64,000 nt of DNA from Candidatus Eiseniibacteriota bacterium (GTDB lineage Bacteria > Eisenbacteria > RBG-16-71-46 > CAZAMP01), in assembly GCA_965224245.1 (NCBI GenBank), contig OZ245046.1, positions 4,480,001-4,544,000 on the forward strand, given 5' to 3'. A program made the translations under genes and the position numbers. Positions 10,201-18,061 of the stretch are shown here, in pieces. Numbering within the stretch: position 1 is the first letter of the stretch; each line of letters opens with the position of its first letter. The notes under the pieces are model-generated. The model did no database searches, was not told where the DNA came from, and was given only the letters and a program-made list of their open reading frames with translations.

Positions 10201-10430
10201 CCGCCGACCTCGGCGAGGCCATCCGACCCCAGACCGCCGAACCAGATCGTGTCGGCCGCTCCGCGTGCGGTCCTTGCGGCGTGCTCGACCAGCCCGGTCT
10301 CGATGGAGACGGGGTGCGACAGCGTCGGCTCGATCCTCGGTCCGGCCACGGGCCGCCGCGCGGTGGTGAGCGAAGGCGCCGTGCACACCGCCATCACCGA
10401 GAGTGCCAAGATGATTCTCCGTGTCGTCAT
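7242..10430 (-). CDS. Large secreted protein with C-terminal FlgD-Ig/T9SS-CTD-like domain (paralogue 1, 1062 aa)
   Basis: Signal peptide; SD GGGAGG; family motifs GGVWDFEDGTLQGW, CWPGG.GY, DNNR.DGDQTNANMGDSA, SCVLYVDA, NWDRYDY; tail APNPFNPTT...VYDVNGRRVRTL...WDG.DD.G...SGVYWAR...KLVVLK. Confidence 0.88.
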   Translation of the reverse strand: MTTRRIILALSVMAVCTAPSLTTARRPVAGPRIEPTLSHPVSIETGLVEHAARTARGAADTIWFGGLGSDGLAEVGGVWDFEDGTLQGWTSEDLSGGGVDAFGNPFFRHRTTIDFVDDPVSAIIDGDGSLWVGAHDAEAAEDCWPGGMGYDNLWTVSATKTFSYTGVGVVTIEFDYFTDSETDFDITSLYTVVDGVRSDPLAEYSGSTQEGTAIGTPSSPAHESLVIQVDDLPIGAGDFDVVFEFVSDPLFSDGRDSFSGFLNSVYGAFGLDNFSIAGTGLSDTDDFESGPEEWAFFAAPPIGTYLDVTHLDDLPPIEDDPCTCPLADPENAYVMTAFDGVGPEVHPEGQHELMRSPPLYVGPGSPVEGRSDWRVMWNTYGARANAGVGYRVGISYYPWTCEATGVVGWSRDFVGVGGFLFLPDQCARVIEDVSPYIPGDADSLAVAIELLVNCDDFGSCNPERRDERPYWDDIRIAAVGDGLDVPAIALELLYQDVFPQESSLSPTATADVHSFFDNNRLDGDQTNANMGDSAVVISEPGAEVYLNFRVHPGPAIDDGDYAAFLDARGGAVGGAGDRVDYLAVRMEALPSPRDEHFATYVHDDGVLDADDPKILPDGLFTPGTTVEYFFSSEGPGGTRVAPDTTDGALEFEVLPGWRESPGGALVTSCVLYVDAANDGRQHVIENAGLRPILGASDDVEGRTRDNWDRYDYLAASSNVPAPLGRELFGDNGMTLFQSLAYNTILYNTGSRSQEGLRDQDARILIQNVEAPRCDDSLTRGLWLNGDHVTRILSRSGRPYSNRLLERYAQAFRRGDYESLSGDGSACVRLDPSGGRHFPVGGESYASVARAGCSTLTPFDVIGVESEGVGNLEYIDQDSGGAAEMYASVSNDQDASRSQRVVTDSFSLDLLRTTPDGWTGSGPGGGACEDLTAIARRVADVFEWLGVPVDPLKDPDCVIAVEPSPGLGALAITRLVSAAPNPFNPTTTLRYVLGESGFVTLKVYDVNGRRVRTLVSSAQDPAIHAVTWDGLDDAGKEVGSGVYWARMTTSFGFRSRTKLVVLK
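10161..10205 (-). repeat. Copy 1 of a ~40-nt coding repeat shared by the four paralogues
   Basis: TCTGGGACTTCGAGGACGG(C/T)ACGCTCCAGGG(A/C)TGG also occurs at ~21131-21172 (-), ~46981-47016 (+) and ~63700-63744 (+); encodes WDFEDGTLQGW. Confidence 0.85.
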
Positions 10431-10742
10431 GACCTGAATCCTCCCTTTTCATCCACTCGAGTGCGCCGAGCGCGTCGCGGCGGGAGGTCCGGACGCGAGG
10501 GGCGGGCCCGACAATGCTCAGAGACTCGATCGTGCGGGCACGGAACACGTGCCCGGAACGGTGAGGGATACCGAAGTCGAGCGCGGGGAGAACGCGCGCG
10601 GCGCGCGCGGGTCGGCGACGAGCAGAGAGCGGTCCTGCGGCGCGCAACGGCTGCGACGTGGAGAAGCGGGAGCCGACCATCGACGACGCACCTCCCAGAT
10701 CTCGTGTGCACACGCTCGACGTGTTCGGGAGGGACTATTCAG

Positions 10743-10772
10743 ACGCTATGTCCAAATGAGCAGTTCCGTCAA
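10743..10772 (-). promoter_or_regulatory. Candidate sigma70 promoter of paralogue 1
   Basis: Minus strand TTGACG-N18-TAGCGT; implies a 5' leader of about 300 nt. Confidence 0.45.
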
Positions 10773-10950
10773 CTGTTTTCGTTGTTGCGCGCCACCTCAC
10801 CCCGGCGCGACGCGTGCGACGCCGAGGCGTGTGCTAGACTCGTGCGTTCGCGATCGCACGGCCACCCCCACTCCAGACGCTCCGGCGGCGCACGCGCGGC
10901 CGCAGTTCGCCATGCGCACGCATCCTCATGTCATCCAAGGAGTTAACTAG

Positions 10951-13920
10951 GTGCACGCGATCAGCCACACCGTCCGGTGGACGATCCCCGCCATCGCGAT
11001 GACCGTCGGATCCGGGATCCTGGCCAGCGTGCCGGCATTCGTTCCGGCGCCCCAGAACGCCGAGTACGAGATCCCACTCCCGACGTTCGACGCTCGCACG
11101 TTCCGGACGCTCGAGACTCTCGCTGCCACTCGCACCGTGACCGAGGCGGCGGCGGCCAAGTTCGGCGGCGAGTGGCGCGTGTATTCCTGGAGCGCGTCGT
11201 CCGGGACGGCTCGCGATCTGTATGGCAGCGGTCTCGACCTGGGCGCGCCGATCACGACCGATGAGGCCGCCGACGCGGTCGCGCGAGGCGTCATCGCCGA
11301 CAATCCCGAGATCTTCGCCGCCGACGTCTCGAACCTGACGTTGGATGCGATCGCGCGCGGACGCGGCAAGGTCGGCGTGCACTACCGGCAGACCTACCTG
11401 GGCATCGAGGTTCTGGGATCCAAGATCTACACGATCTTCACCGAGGACGGCGGTCGGCTGTTCGTCATGGGCTCCAACTACCACGGAGACATCTCGCTCG
11501 ACCCGACACCCGCGCTCGCCCGGTCCGAGGCGATCGGCATCGCACGGGACGCCGTTCCGTTCGACCCGTCCACCGACGCCGTCGAGGACGAGGTCGACCT
11601 CCTGATCGTCCCCGTTCCGACGTCACCGTCGTCGGTGCAGCACCGACTGGCGTGGCGTGTCCGCGTCCAGACGCACGATCCGCTCGGGATCTGGGTCACG
11701 CACGTGGACGCTCACACCGGCGAGATCTTCTACCGCTACAACGACGTGCGTTTCTTCGACTACGAGGGTACGAGCGCTCTCGACACCCAGCCGATCACGT
11801 ACTGCGACGGGACCGAGCCCGCGGCCGCCAAGTACATGTACGTCGACGTCGACGGGCTGCCTCAGATCACGACCGGCGCCGACGGCACGTGGGCGGCCGG
11901 CGTGGACGACACGGTCGACCGCAGCGCGTCGGCGGCTCTGCAGGGTCCCTACGTCACCATTCAGAACTTCGCCGGTGACGAGGCGTCGTGGACGGGAACC
12001 GCAACCCCCGGTGAGCCGACCGAGATCTACTTCGACATCTCGAACTCGCAGGCCGACGAGCGCGACGTTTTCGACGGTGTGAACGACATCCACGACTTCT
12101 TCCAGGAGATCGACCCGACCTTCGCGTACGCGTCCGAGCAGATCGTCGCGAACGTCAGCATCGACGAGAACTGCAACGCGTTCTGGTTCGGCTCGATCAA
12201 CTTCTACCGGGAGGGCGGCGGCTGCGCGAACACCGGCGAGATCCAGGGCGTCGTCCAGCACGAGTACGGTCACGGCGTTCAGAGTGCGGTGATCGGCGGT
12301 CAAGGGAACGAGGGGCTCGGCGAAGGCAACGCCGACGTGCTCGCCAACATCATGACACGCGAGTCGATCATCGGGCGGGGCTTCTCGCTGGACGCTTGCT
12401 CCACCGGGCTTCGCAACTCGGACAACGATCTGCGCTACCCCGAGCACGTCGTCGGTCGAGAGGAGCACGACGCCGGCCGCGTCATCGCGGGCTTCCACTG
12501 GGACATGGCCGAGAATCTCAGGGCGAGCCTGGGTGAGGACGAGGGCTGGCGGTACATGGCCGAGCTCTGGCACTACGCGCGCAAGCTCCACCGGCCGGTG
12601 TATCAGCCGGATCAGGTTCTGGCCAACTTCATCGCGGACGACGACGACGGTGACCTCACCAACGGCACGCCGAACTACCTCGATCTCTGCGCCGCCGCCG
12701 AGCACCACGGGTTCTCGTGCCCGGCATCCTCCGGCGTTCACTTCTGGCGATCGGCGACCTCGAACACCGTGGACCGCACGGACCCGATCAGCATCGTCGT
12801 GGCGCCGTTCTCGACCGACGGCTCGATCGTTCCGAGCTCCGTCGAGATGCACTACCGGATCGACGGCGGATCGTTCATCGACGTCGGCATGACCCCCACC
12901 GGTGATCCGGACGAGTACGAGGCCTCGATCCCGGCTCAGCCGCTGGGGACGTTGATCGAGTACTGGGTGGAGGCCAGCGACGACCTCGGCTCCACCGGCA
13001 CCGGTCCCGCGGACGCGCCCGCGTCACTGCACGGATTCTACGTGGCGGCGGTGTACGACCCCTTCGAGGAGGATGACGCGGCCTGGACGGTCGGTTTGCC
13101 CGACGATGACGCCACGCGCGGGATCTGGGAGCGGGTCGATCCGATCGGGACCACCGCCCAGGCGTCCGTCGACGCGACGCCGTCCCCGGGAACCGATGCG
13201 TGGATCACCGGTCAGCACGAGGGACCCGAGGGAGGATGGCAGGGTCAGAGCCAGATCAACGACGGCAAGACCACGCTGATCAGCCCCGTGTACGACATCT
13301 CGGCCAGCACCCAGTTCGCCAGGCTGCAGTACCGGCGCTGGTTCTCGAACGACACGGGCCCGAATCCCGGCGAGGATCCGTGGATCGTCCGGGTGTCGAA
13401 CGACGGCGGCGAGACCTTCGTCGAGGTCGAGAACACCACCGTCAGTGATCGCTCGTGGCTCTTCGTCGAGCACGACCTCTGGGCGCTCTTCGGCGGCAGC
13501 GTCGGACAGATCCAGGTCCAGTTCGAGGCGAGCGACTATGCGCCCAGCGCCGTCGTCGAGGCCGGCGTGGACGACTTCACGATCATCGCCGACCTCGGCG
13601 AGGGCACGGTGGCGGTGGAGCCGACGCTGCCGGGGATCCCGCGGGCGGCGTATCTGGCCGAGGCCCGTCCGAACCCGTTCCGGCCGCGCACGACGATTCG
13701 CTATGGTCTGAACGACGAGGGGCCCGTCACGCTCGCCGTTTATGACGTCGGCGGCCGTCGCGTGCGCGGTCTCGTGAACGCGGTAGAGGGCGCGGGTCAC
13801 CATGCGGTGTCCTGGGACGGCCTCGACGACACCGGTGTTCGCGCACCGTCGGGCGTGTATTACGTGCGGGTGGAGGGTCCGGACCTCTCGGACACGAAGC
13901 GCGTCACGCTCGTTCGCTGA
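10951..13920 (+). CDS. Secreted zinc metalloprotease (thermolysin M4/fungalysin M36-like) with propeptide and FlgD-Ig/CTD tail
   Basis: SD AAGGAG + GTG; FTP/PepSY-like propeptide (YRQTYLGIEV, VDAHTGEI); NCNAFW; HEYGH; third ligand GLGEGNAD; DDDDGDLTNGTPN; tail PNPF...VYDVGGRRVR...SGVYYVR...KRVTLVR. Confidence 0.88.
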   Translation: MHAISHTVRWTIPAIAMTVGSGILASVPAFVPAPQNAEYEIPLPTFDARTFRTLETLAATRTVTEAAAAKFGGEWRVYSWSASSGTARDLYGSGLDLGAPITTDEAADAVARGVIADNPEIFAADVSNLTLDAIARGRGKVGVHYRQTYLGIEVLGSKIYTIFTEDGGRLFVMGSNYHGDISLDPTPALARSEAIGIARDAVPFDPSTDAVEDEVDLLIVPVPTSPSSVQHRLAWRVRVQTHDPLGIWVTHVDAHTGEIFYRYNDVRFFDYEGTSALDTQPITYCDGTEPAAAKYMYVDVDGLPQITTGADGTWAAGVDDTVDRSASAALQGPYVTIQNFAGDEASWTGTATPGEPTEIYFDISNSQADERDVFDGVNDIHDFFQEIDPTFAYASEQIVANVSIDENCNAFWFGSINFYREGGGCANTGEIQGVVQHEYGHGVQSAVIGGQGNEGLGEGNADVLANIMTRESIIGRGFSLDACSTGLRNSDNDLRYPEHVVGREEHDAGRVIAGFHWDMAENLRASLGEDEGWRYMAELWHYARKLHRPVYQPDQVLANFIADDDDGDLTNGTPNYLDLCAAAEHHGFSCPASSGVHFWRSATSNTVDRTDPISIVVAPFSTDGSIVPSSVEMHYRIDGGSFIDVGMTPTGDPDEYEASIPAQPLGTLIEYWVEASDDLGSTGTGPADAPASLHGFYVAAVYDPFEEDDAAWTVGLPDDDATRGIWERVDPIGTTAQASVDATPSPGTDAWITGQHEGPEGGWQGQSQINDGKTTLISPVYDISASTQFARLQYRRWFSNDTGPNPGEDPWIVRVSNDGGETFVEVENTTVSDRSWLFVEHDLWALFGGSVGQIQVQFEASDYAPSAVVEAGVDDFTIIADLGEGTVAVEPTLPGIPRAAYLAEARPNPFRPRTTIRYGLNDEGPVTLAVYDVGGRRVRGLVNAVEGAGHHAVSWDGLDDTGVRAPSGVYYVRVEGPDLSDTKRVTLVR

Positions 13921-13940
13921 TCGGTCGCGTTCGCATTCGG

Positions 13941-13972
13941 CGCCCCCGGCTCCTCGGAGTCGGGGGCGTTCT
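13941..13972 (+). terminator. Probable intrinsic terminator after the protease gene
   Basis: CGCCCCCGGCTC-CTCG-GAGTCGGGGGCG forms a 12-bp stem followed by TTCT. Confidence 0.6.
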
Positions 13973-14127
13973 CGCCTGTGACGTCGGGGCGTGTGCCCCG
14001 TGCCGCATCTCGTGACCGCTCTCGCCGCTCCGCGTCCGGATCGTTGTGCAGCCGGGGGAAGTGCGGCAGAATGACCGGAGCGGCGCGTCCGAGCGCGCCG
14101 GACAACCCCTCCCCAACAGGTCGTCGC

Positions 14128-17082
14128 ATGAGTCGCTCGCTGCCCGAACCGATCGACGGATTCGAGATCAAACATGAGATCGGCCGCGGCGCGATGGGCG
14201 TGGTGTACCTCGCCGAGGACCTGACGCTGGGGCGCGACGTCGCGCTGAAGATCCTGAGCGAGACGCACCGGGACGATCCGGCCCACCTCGAGCGCTTCCG
14301 TCGCGAGGCCCGGGCGCTCGCCGCGCTCAACCATCCCAACGTCGCCACCATCCACTCCCTTCTGGACGTGCGCGATCGAGTCGTCCTCGTCATGGAGCAC
14401 GTGCCCGGCGAGTCGCTCGATCGCCGGGTCGGACTCCTCCCGTTTCGCTCGGTCGTCCGATACGCGCGGCAGATCGCCTCGGGTCTCGAGTTCGCGCATG
14501 CGCACGGCATCGTCCACCGCGATCTGAAGCCGGCCAACGTGATGATCACGCCGCTGGAGCAGGTGAAGCTCCTCGACTTCGGGCTGGCCAAGCGCGGCGC
14601 CGGGCTCGCCGGAGGCGAGAAGCCCACCACACAGGTCGGGGAGATCCTCGGCACGCCCGGGTACATGAGCCCCGAGCAGGTCGAGGGCAAGTCGGTGGAC
14701 CATCGCGCCGACGTCTGGGCGTTCGGGTGCCTCTTGTTCGAGTGCCTCGTGGGTCGGCTGCCGTACGCGGGCAGCACGGCCTACTCGATCCTGGCCCAGA
14801 CGCTGGAGCACGATCCGGACCTCGCGCCCCTGGACTGGGTGTCCGAGATGACGCCGGGGCTGCGCACGCTGATCGAGCACTGCCTGACCCGCGATCCCGG
14901 TGCGCGCGCCTCGGACATGGGGCAGATCCGCGAGCGGCTCGGCGACGAGATCGCGGTCGTGGGCCTGCCGACGGACGTCCGCATGCCGGTGGTGACCGGC
15001 GCCGGTCTCAGCACGACGCCCAACAACCTGCCGATCGCCGCCTCCAAGCTCGTCGGACGGGCCGAGGCGCGCCGTCGCATCACCGCGCTTCTGGACGCGA
15101 ACCGCCTCGTGAACGTCGTGGGTTTCGGGGGAACCGGCAAGACGCGCCTGGCCACCGAGCTCGGGCGCGAGCTGTCCTCCACGTACCTCGACGGCGTCTG
15201 GCTGGTCAGCCTCGACGACCTGATCGACGAGAGCGAGCTCGTCCCCGTCGTGTGCAAGACCATGCGCCTCACCGACCAGGCCGGGCTGGTGGAGCAGCTC
15301 CAGCACCGGCGTCATCTCCTGATCCTCGACAACTGCGAGCATCTGCGCGACGCGTGCGCCACCTTCCTGAAGGGCATCCTCACGGTCGACCTCCGCTCAC
15401 GCGTTCTGGCGACCAGTCGAGAGCCGCTCGGGCTCAGCGGCGAGCAGATCTACCGGCTCCCTCAGCTCGACGTCCCGCATCTGAACGGATCGGCGACGAT
15501 GGCCGACGTCGAGGAGTGCGAGGCGGTCACGCTCTTCGTGCAGCGTGCGAGATCGGCACAGGACGACTTCACGCTCACACCGGACAACTGGACCCACGTC
15601 CTCGACATCTGCCGGCGGGTGGACGGGAGCGCGCTGGGAATCGAGCTGGCCGCGGCACGTGTTCCGGTCCTCTCGCCCCGGCAGCTCAGCGAGCGACTCT
15701 CGGGCGATCTGTCCCGCGTCCTCGTCGGTCGCGGATCGGACCTGCCCGAGCGCCACCGCACCCTGGCCCGCCTGGTGTCGTGGAGCTACGCGAACCTCAA
15801 CGACCGCGAGCAGAAGGTGCTCGAGATGCTGTCGGTGTTCGTGGGCGGGTGGACGCTGGACGCCGCCGAGGCCGTCTGCACGACCGAGTCCATCGAGTCG
15901 TGGGAGATCCTCGACATCCTGGGCAGCCTGATCGACAAGTCGCTCGTGGAGCGCGTGATCCATCCGCTCATGGTGAACCGGCGCGCGCGATACCGGCTCC
16001 TCCAGATCGTGCGCGAGGAGGTTCGCGCCCAGGCCGCACCCGAGACGCTGGCGGATGCGGCGGTCCGGCACTGCGAGTACTACGTGTCGCTGACCGCGGA
16101 CCCCAATCCGACCAAGTGGCCCCACGGTTACTCGTCGATCGATCCCGACGAGGCGAACTACCGGCTCGCGCTGGAGACCGCGGTCGCTCGTGAGCACCCA
16201 GGTCAGGCATCGATGCTGATCGCGCTCGGGTGGCGGTCGTTCGCACACGGGGACCACCGGAGCATGCTCGGCTACGCCGATCGCGCGTTTGCCCTGGGTG
16301 TGAGCGACGAGGTCTCCACGGGCGTGCTCCACTACCTCGCGGGCACCGCTCACTGCATGGCCGGCCGCACCGAGGAGGCGGTGTCGCACCTGGATCGGGC
16401 GATGGAGATCACGGCCGATCCGGATCTCGGCGAGCTCAGCATCGACATCATCCAGAACTGGTCGATCGTCACCAACGTGGACCGGGCCGAGCTGGTCGAG
16501 CGGTACGCACGGCTCGTGGCCGAGACGAGAGCCGTGAGCACCAATCAGCGGGCCAAGCTCCTGAACAACTACATCGCGCTGCTCCTGGAGAGCGGGGACT
16601 ACGACCGCGCGCGCGAGGCGATCACCGAGTGCCTCGCCGCCGCCCGCGCGGGCGACTATCCGCAACGCCTGCCCTACTCCCTGAACGCGGCGGCCGTGAT
16701 CGCCTTTCACGACGGTCAGCTCGACGAGGCCCGATCGGCCCTGGTGGAGAGCGCCCAGCTCAGTCGCCGAATCCGGCACGACGCGAACCTCCGGGCGGCG
16801 CTCGTGTGGCTGGCCCGCGTGCTGAGCACACAGGACGAGCCGGAGGCCGCGGCGACGAGCCTCGGCATGGCCAACACGGTGGATGCGCGACTCGACGCTC
16901 CGTTTCCACACGAGCACGACAACGCGGTGGCCCGCGAACGCATCGAGTGCACCCTGGGCACGAAGGCGTTCCAGGCTCGGTTCGAGGCCGGTCGGTCCGC
17001 GTCGGACGACGACGTCGACACGTTCCTGCGCTCGCTCCGGAGCGACGGCGCGGCCGGCAGCGCCGCGGGAGCCCGGACGTGA
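14128..17082 (+). CDS. Hanks-type Ser/Thr protein kinase fused to a STAND-like (NB-ARC-type) ATPase and TPR-like repeats
   Basis: IGRGAMGVVY, VALK, HRDLKPAN, DFGLAK, GTPGYMSPEQ; then PNNLP...LVGR, GFGGTGKTRLA, LILDNCEH, TSREPL, IELAAAR, WSY; helical C-terminus. Confidence 0.92.
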   Translation: MSRSLPEPIDGFEIKHEIGRGAMGVVYLAEDLTLGRDVALKILSETHRDDPAHLERFRREARALAALNHPNVATIHSLLDVRDRVVLVMEHVPGESLDRRVGLLPFRSVVRYARQIASGLEFAHAHGIVHRDLKPANVMITPLEQVKLLDFGLAKRGAGLAGGEKPTTQVGEILGTPGYMSPEQVEGKSVDHRADVWAFGCLLFECLVGRLPYAGSTAYSILAQTLEHDPDLAPLDWVSEMTPGLRTLIEHCLTRDPGARASDMGQIRERLGDEIAVVGLPTDVRMPVVTGAGLSTTPNNLPIAASKLVGRAEARRRITALLDANRLVNVVGFGGTGKTRLATELGRELSSTYLDGVWLVSLDDLIDESELVPVVCKTMRLTDQAGLVEQLQHRRHLLILDNCEHLRDACATFLKGILTVDLRSRVLATSREPLGLSGEQIYRLPQLDVPHLNGSATMADVEECEAVTLFVQRARSAQDDFTLTPDNWTHVLDICRRVDGSALGIELAAARVPVLSPRQLSERLSGDLSRVLVGRGSDLPERHRTLARLVSWSYANLNDREQKVLEMLSVFVGGWTLDAAEAVCTTESIESWEILDILGSLIDKSLVERVIHPLMVNRRARYRLLQIVREEVRAQAAPETLADAAVRHCEYYVSLTADPNPTKWPHGYSSIDPDEANYRLALETAVAREHPGQASMLIALGWRSFAHGDHRSMLGYADRAFALGVSDEVSTGVLHYLAGTAHCMAGRTEEAVSHLDRAMEITADPDLGELSIDIIQNWSIVTNVDRAELVERYARLVAETRAVSTNQRAKLLNNYIALLLESGDYDRAREAITECLAAARAGDYPQRLPYSLNAAAVIAFHDGQLDEARSALVESAQLSRRIRHDANLRAALVWLARVLSTQDEPEAAATSLGMANTVDARLDAPFPHEHDNAVARERIECTLGTKAFQARFEAGRSASDDDVDTFLRSLRSDGAAGSAAGART

Positions 17083-17912
17083 CGAATCCTCGCAACCCCA
17101 CCGGCCGCCCGGAGGCGGCGCTGCCCGAGCACGTGTCGGCCAACCGCGCGTACTGGGACGAGATGGCGCACGAGTGGACCGAGCCGGGCCGCCGGGCCTG
17201 GTCCTCGGGCGAGCCGACCTGGGGGTGCTGGGACATCCCCGAGTGCGACGTCGAGATGCTCCCGCCCGACATGACCGGACTCGACGCGATCGAGCTGGGC
17301 TGCGGCACGGCCTACGTTTCGGCGTGGATGGCGAGGCGCGGCGCGCGCGTGGTCGGCATCGACAACTCCGAGCGGCAGCTCGACACCGCGCGGGCGCTGG
17401 CCGCCGAGCACGGGGTGAGCCTGACGCTCCTTCACGGCAATGCCGAGCACGTGCCGTATCCGGACGCGTCGTTCGACTTCGCGATCAGCGAGTACGGCGC
17501 GGCGATCTGGTGCGATCCGTACGTGTGGATCCCCGAGGCCCATCGGCTGCTGCGGCCGGGCGGAACCCTCGTGTTCCTCGGCACCGCCCCGCTCGCGATG
17601 GTCACGACGCCCGACAGCGGCGACGCGTGCGACACCGTGCTGCACCGGGACTACTTTGGCATGCACGCGCTGGACTTCCGCGAGGTCGAGATCGATCCCG
17701 GCGGCGTCGAGTTCAATCTGCCGGTCTCGGAGTGGTTCCGGCTCTTCCGGGAGACCGGGTTCGACGTGCTCGATTACCGCGAGCTCCGGGCCCCCGACTC
17801 GGCATCCGGGCTTCGCTTCGCGGTCGCCGCTGAGTGGGCCAAGCGCTGGCCGTCCGAGCAGGTGTGGAAGCTCCGGAAGCCGGCGGAGACCGCGTCTCGC
17901 TCGTCCGGGTGA
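17079..17912 (+). CDS. Class I SAM-dependent methyltransferase
   Basis: GTGA overlap with the kinase gene; IELGCGTAY, GIDNS, SFDFAISEYGA, RLLRPGG. Confidence 0.88.
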   Translation: MTNPRNPTGRPEAALPEHVSANRAYWDEMAHEWTEPGRRAWSSGEPTWGCWDIPECDVEMLPPDMTGLDAIELGCGTAYVSAWMARRGARVVGIDNSERQLDTARALAAEHGVSLTLLHGNAEHVPYPDASFDFAISEYGAAIWCDPYVWIPEAHRLLRPGGTLVFLGTAPLAMVTTPDSGDACDTVLHRDYFGMHALDFREVEIDPGGVEFNLPVSEWFRLFRETGFDVLDYRELRAPDSASGLRFAVAAEWAKRWPSEQVWKLRKPAETASRSSG

Positions 17913-18061
17913 CGGCGTCGCGGTCGCCGACCCACGCAGACGTGCGGAGCGGCCAGGGAGGTGGCTCGTGCCTCGCGATCGGGGCACGCTCGGGACGGGA
18001 GGGGGCCGGGCGAGGATGCGGCGGGGCGACGCACGAGCGTCACCCCACCGCGTCGAGGTCG

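Noticed and set aside
7242-10430. FlgD-like tails as evidence of flagellar genes, and gldAFG as evidence of gliding motility
   Set aside because: The FlgD-Ig fold here is a generic C-terminal module, gldAFG-like operons occur widely in non-gliding bacteria, and no motility genes are in the window.
10427-10711. 94-aa ORF ending in an ATGA overlap with the paralogue 1 start
   Set aside because: No SD before its GTG, low-complexity Arg/Pro-rich sequence, and no similarity to the paralogue 2 uORF; not called as a gene.
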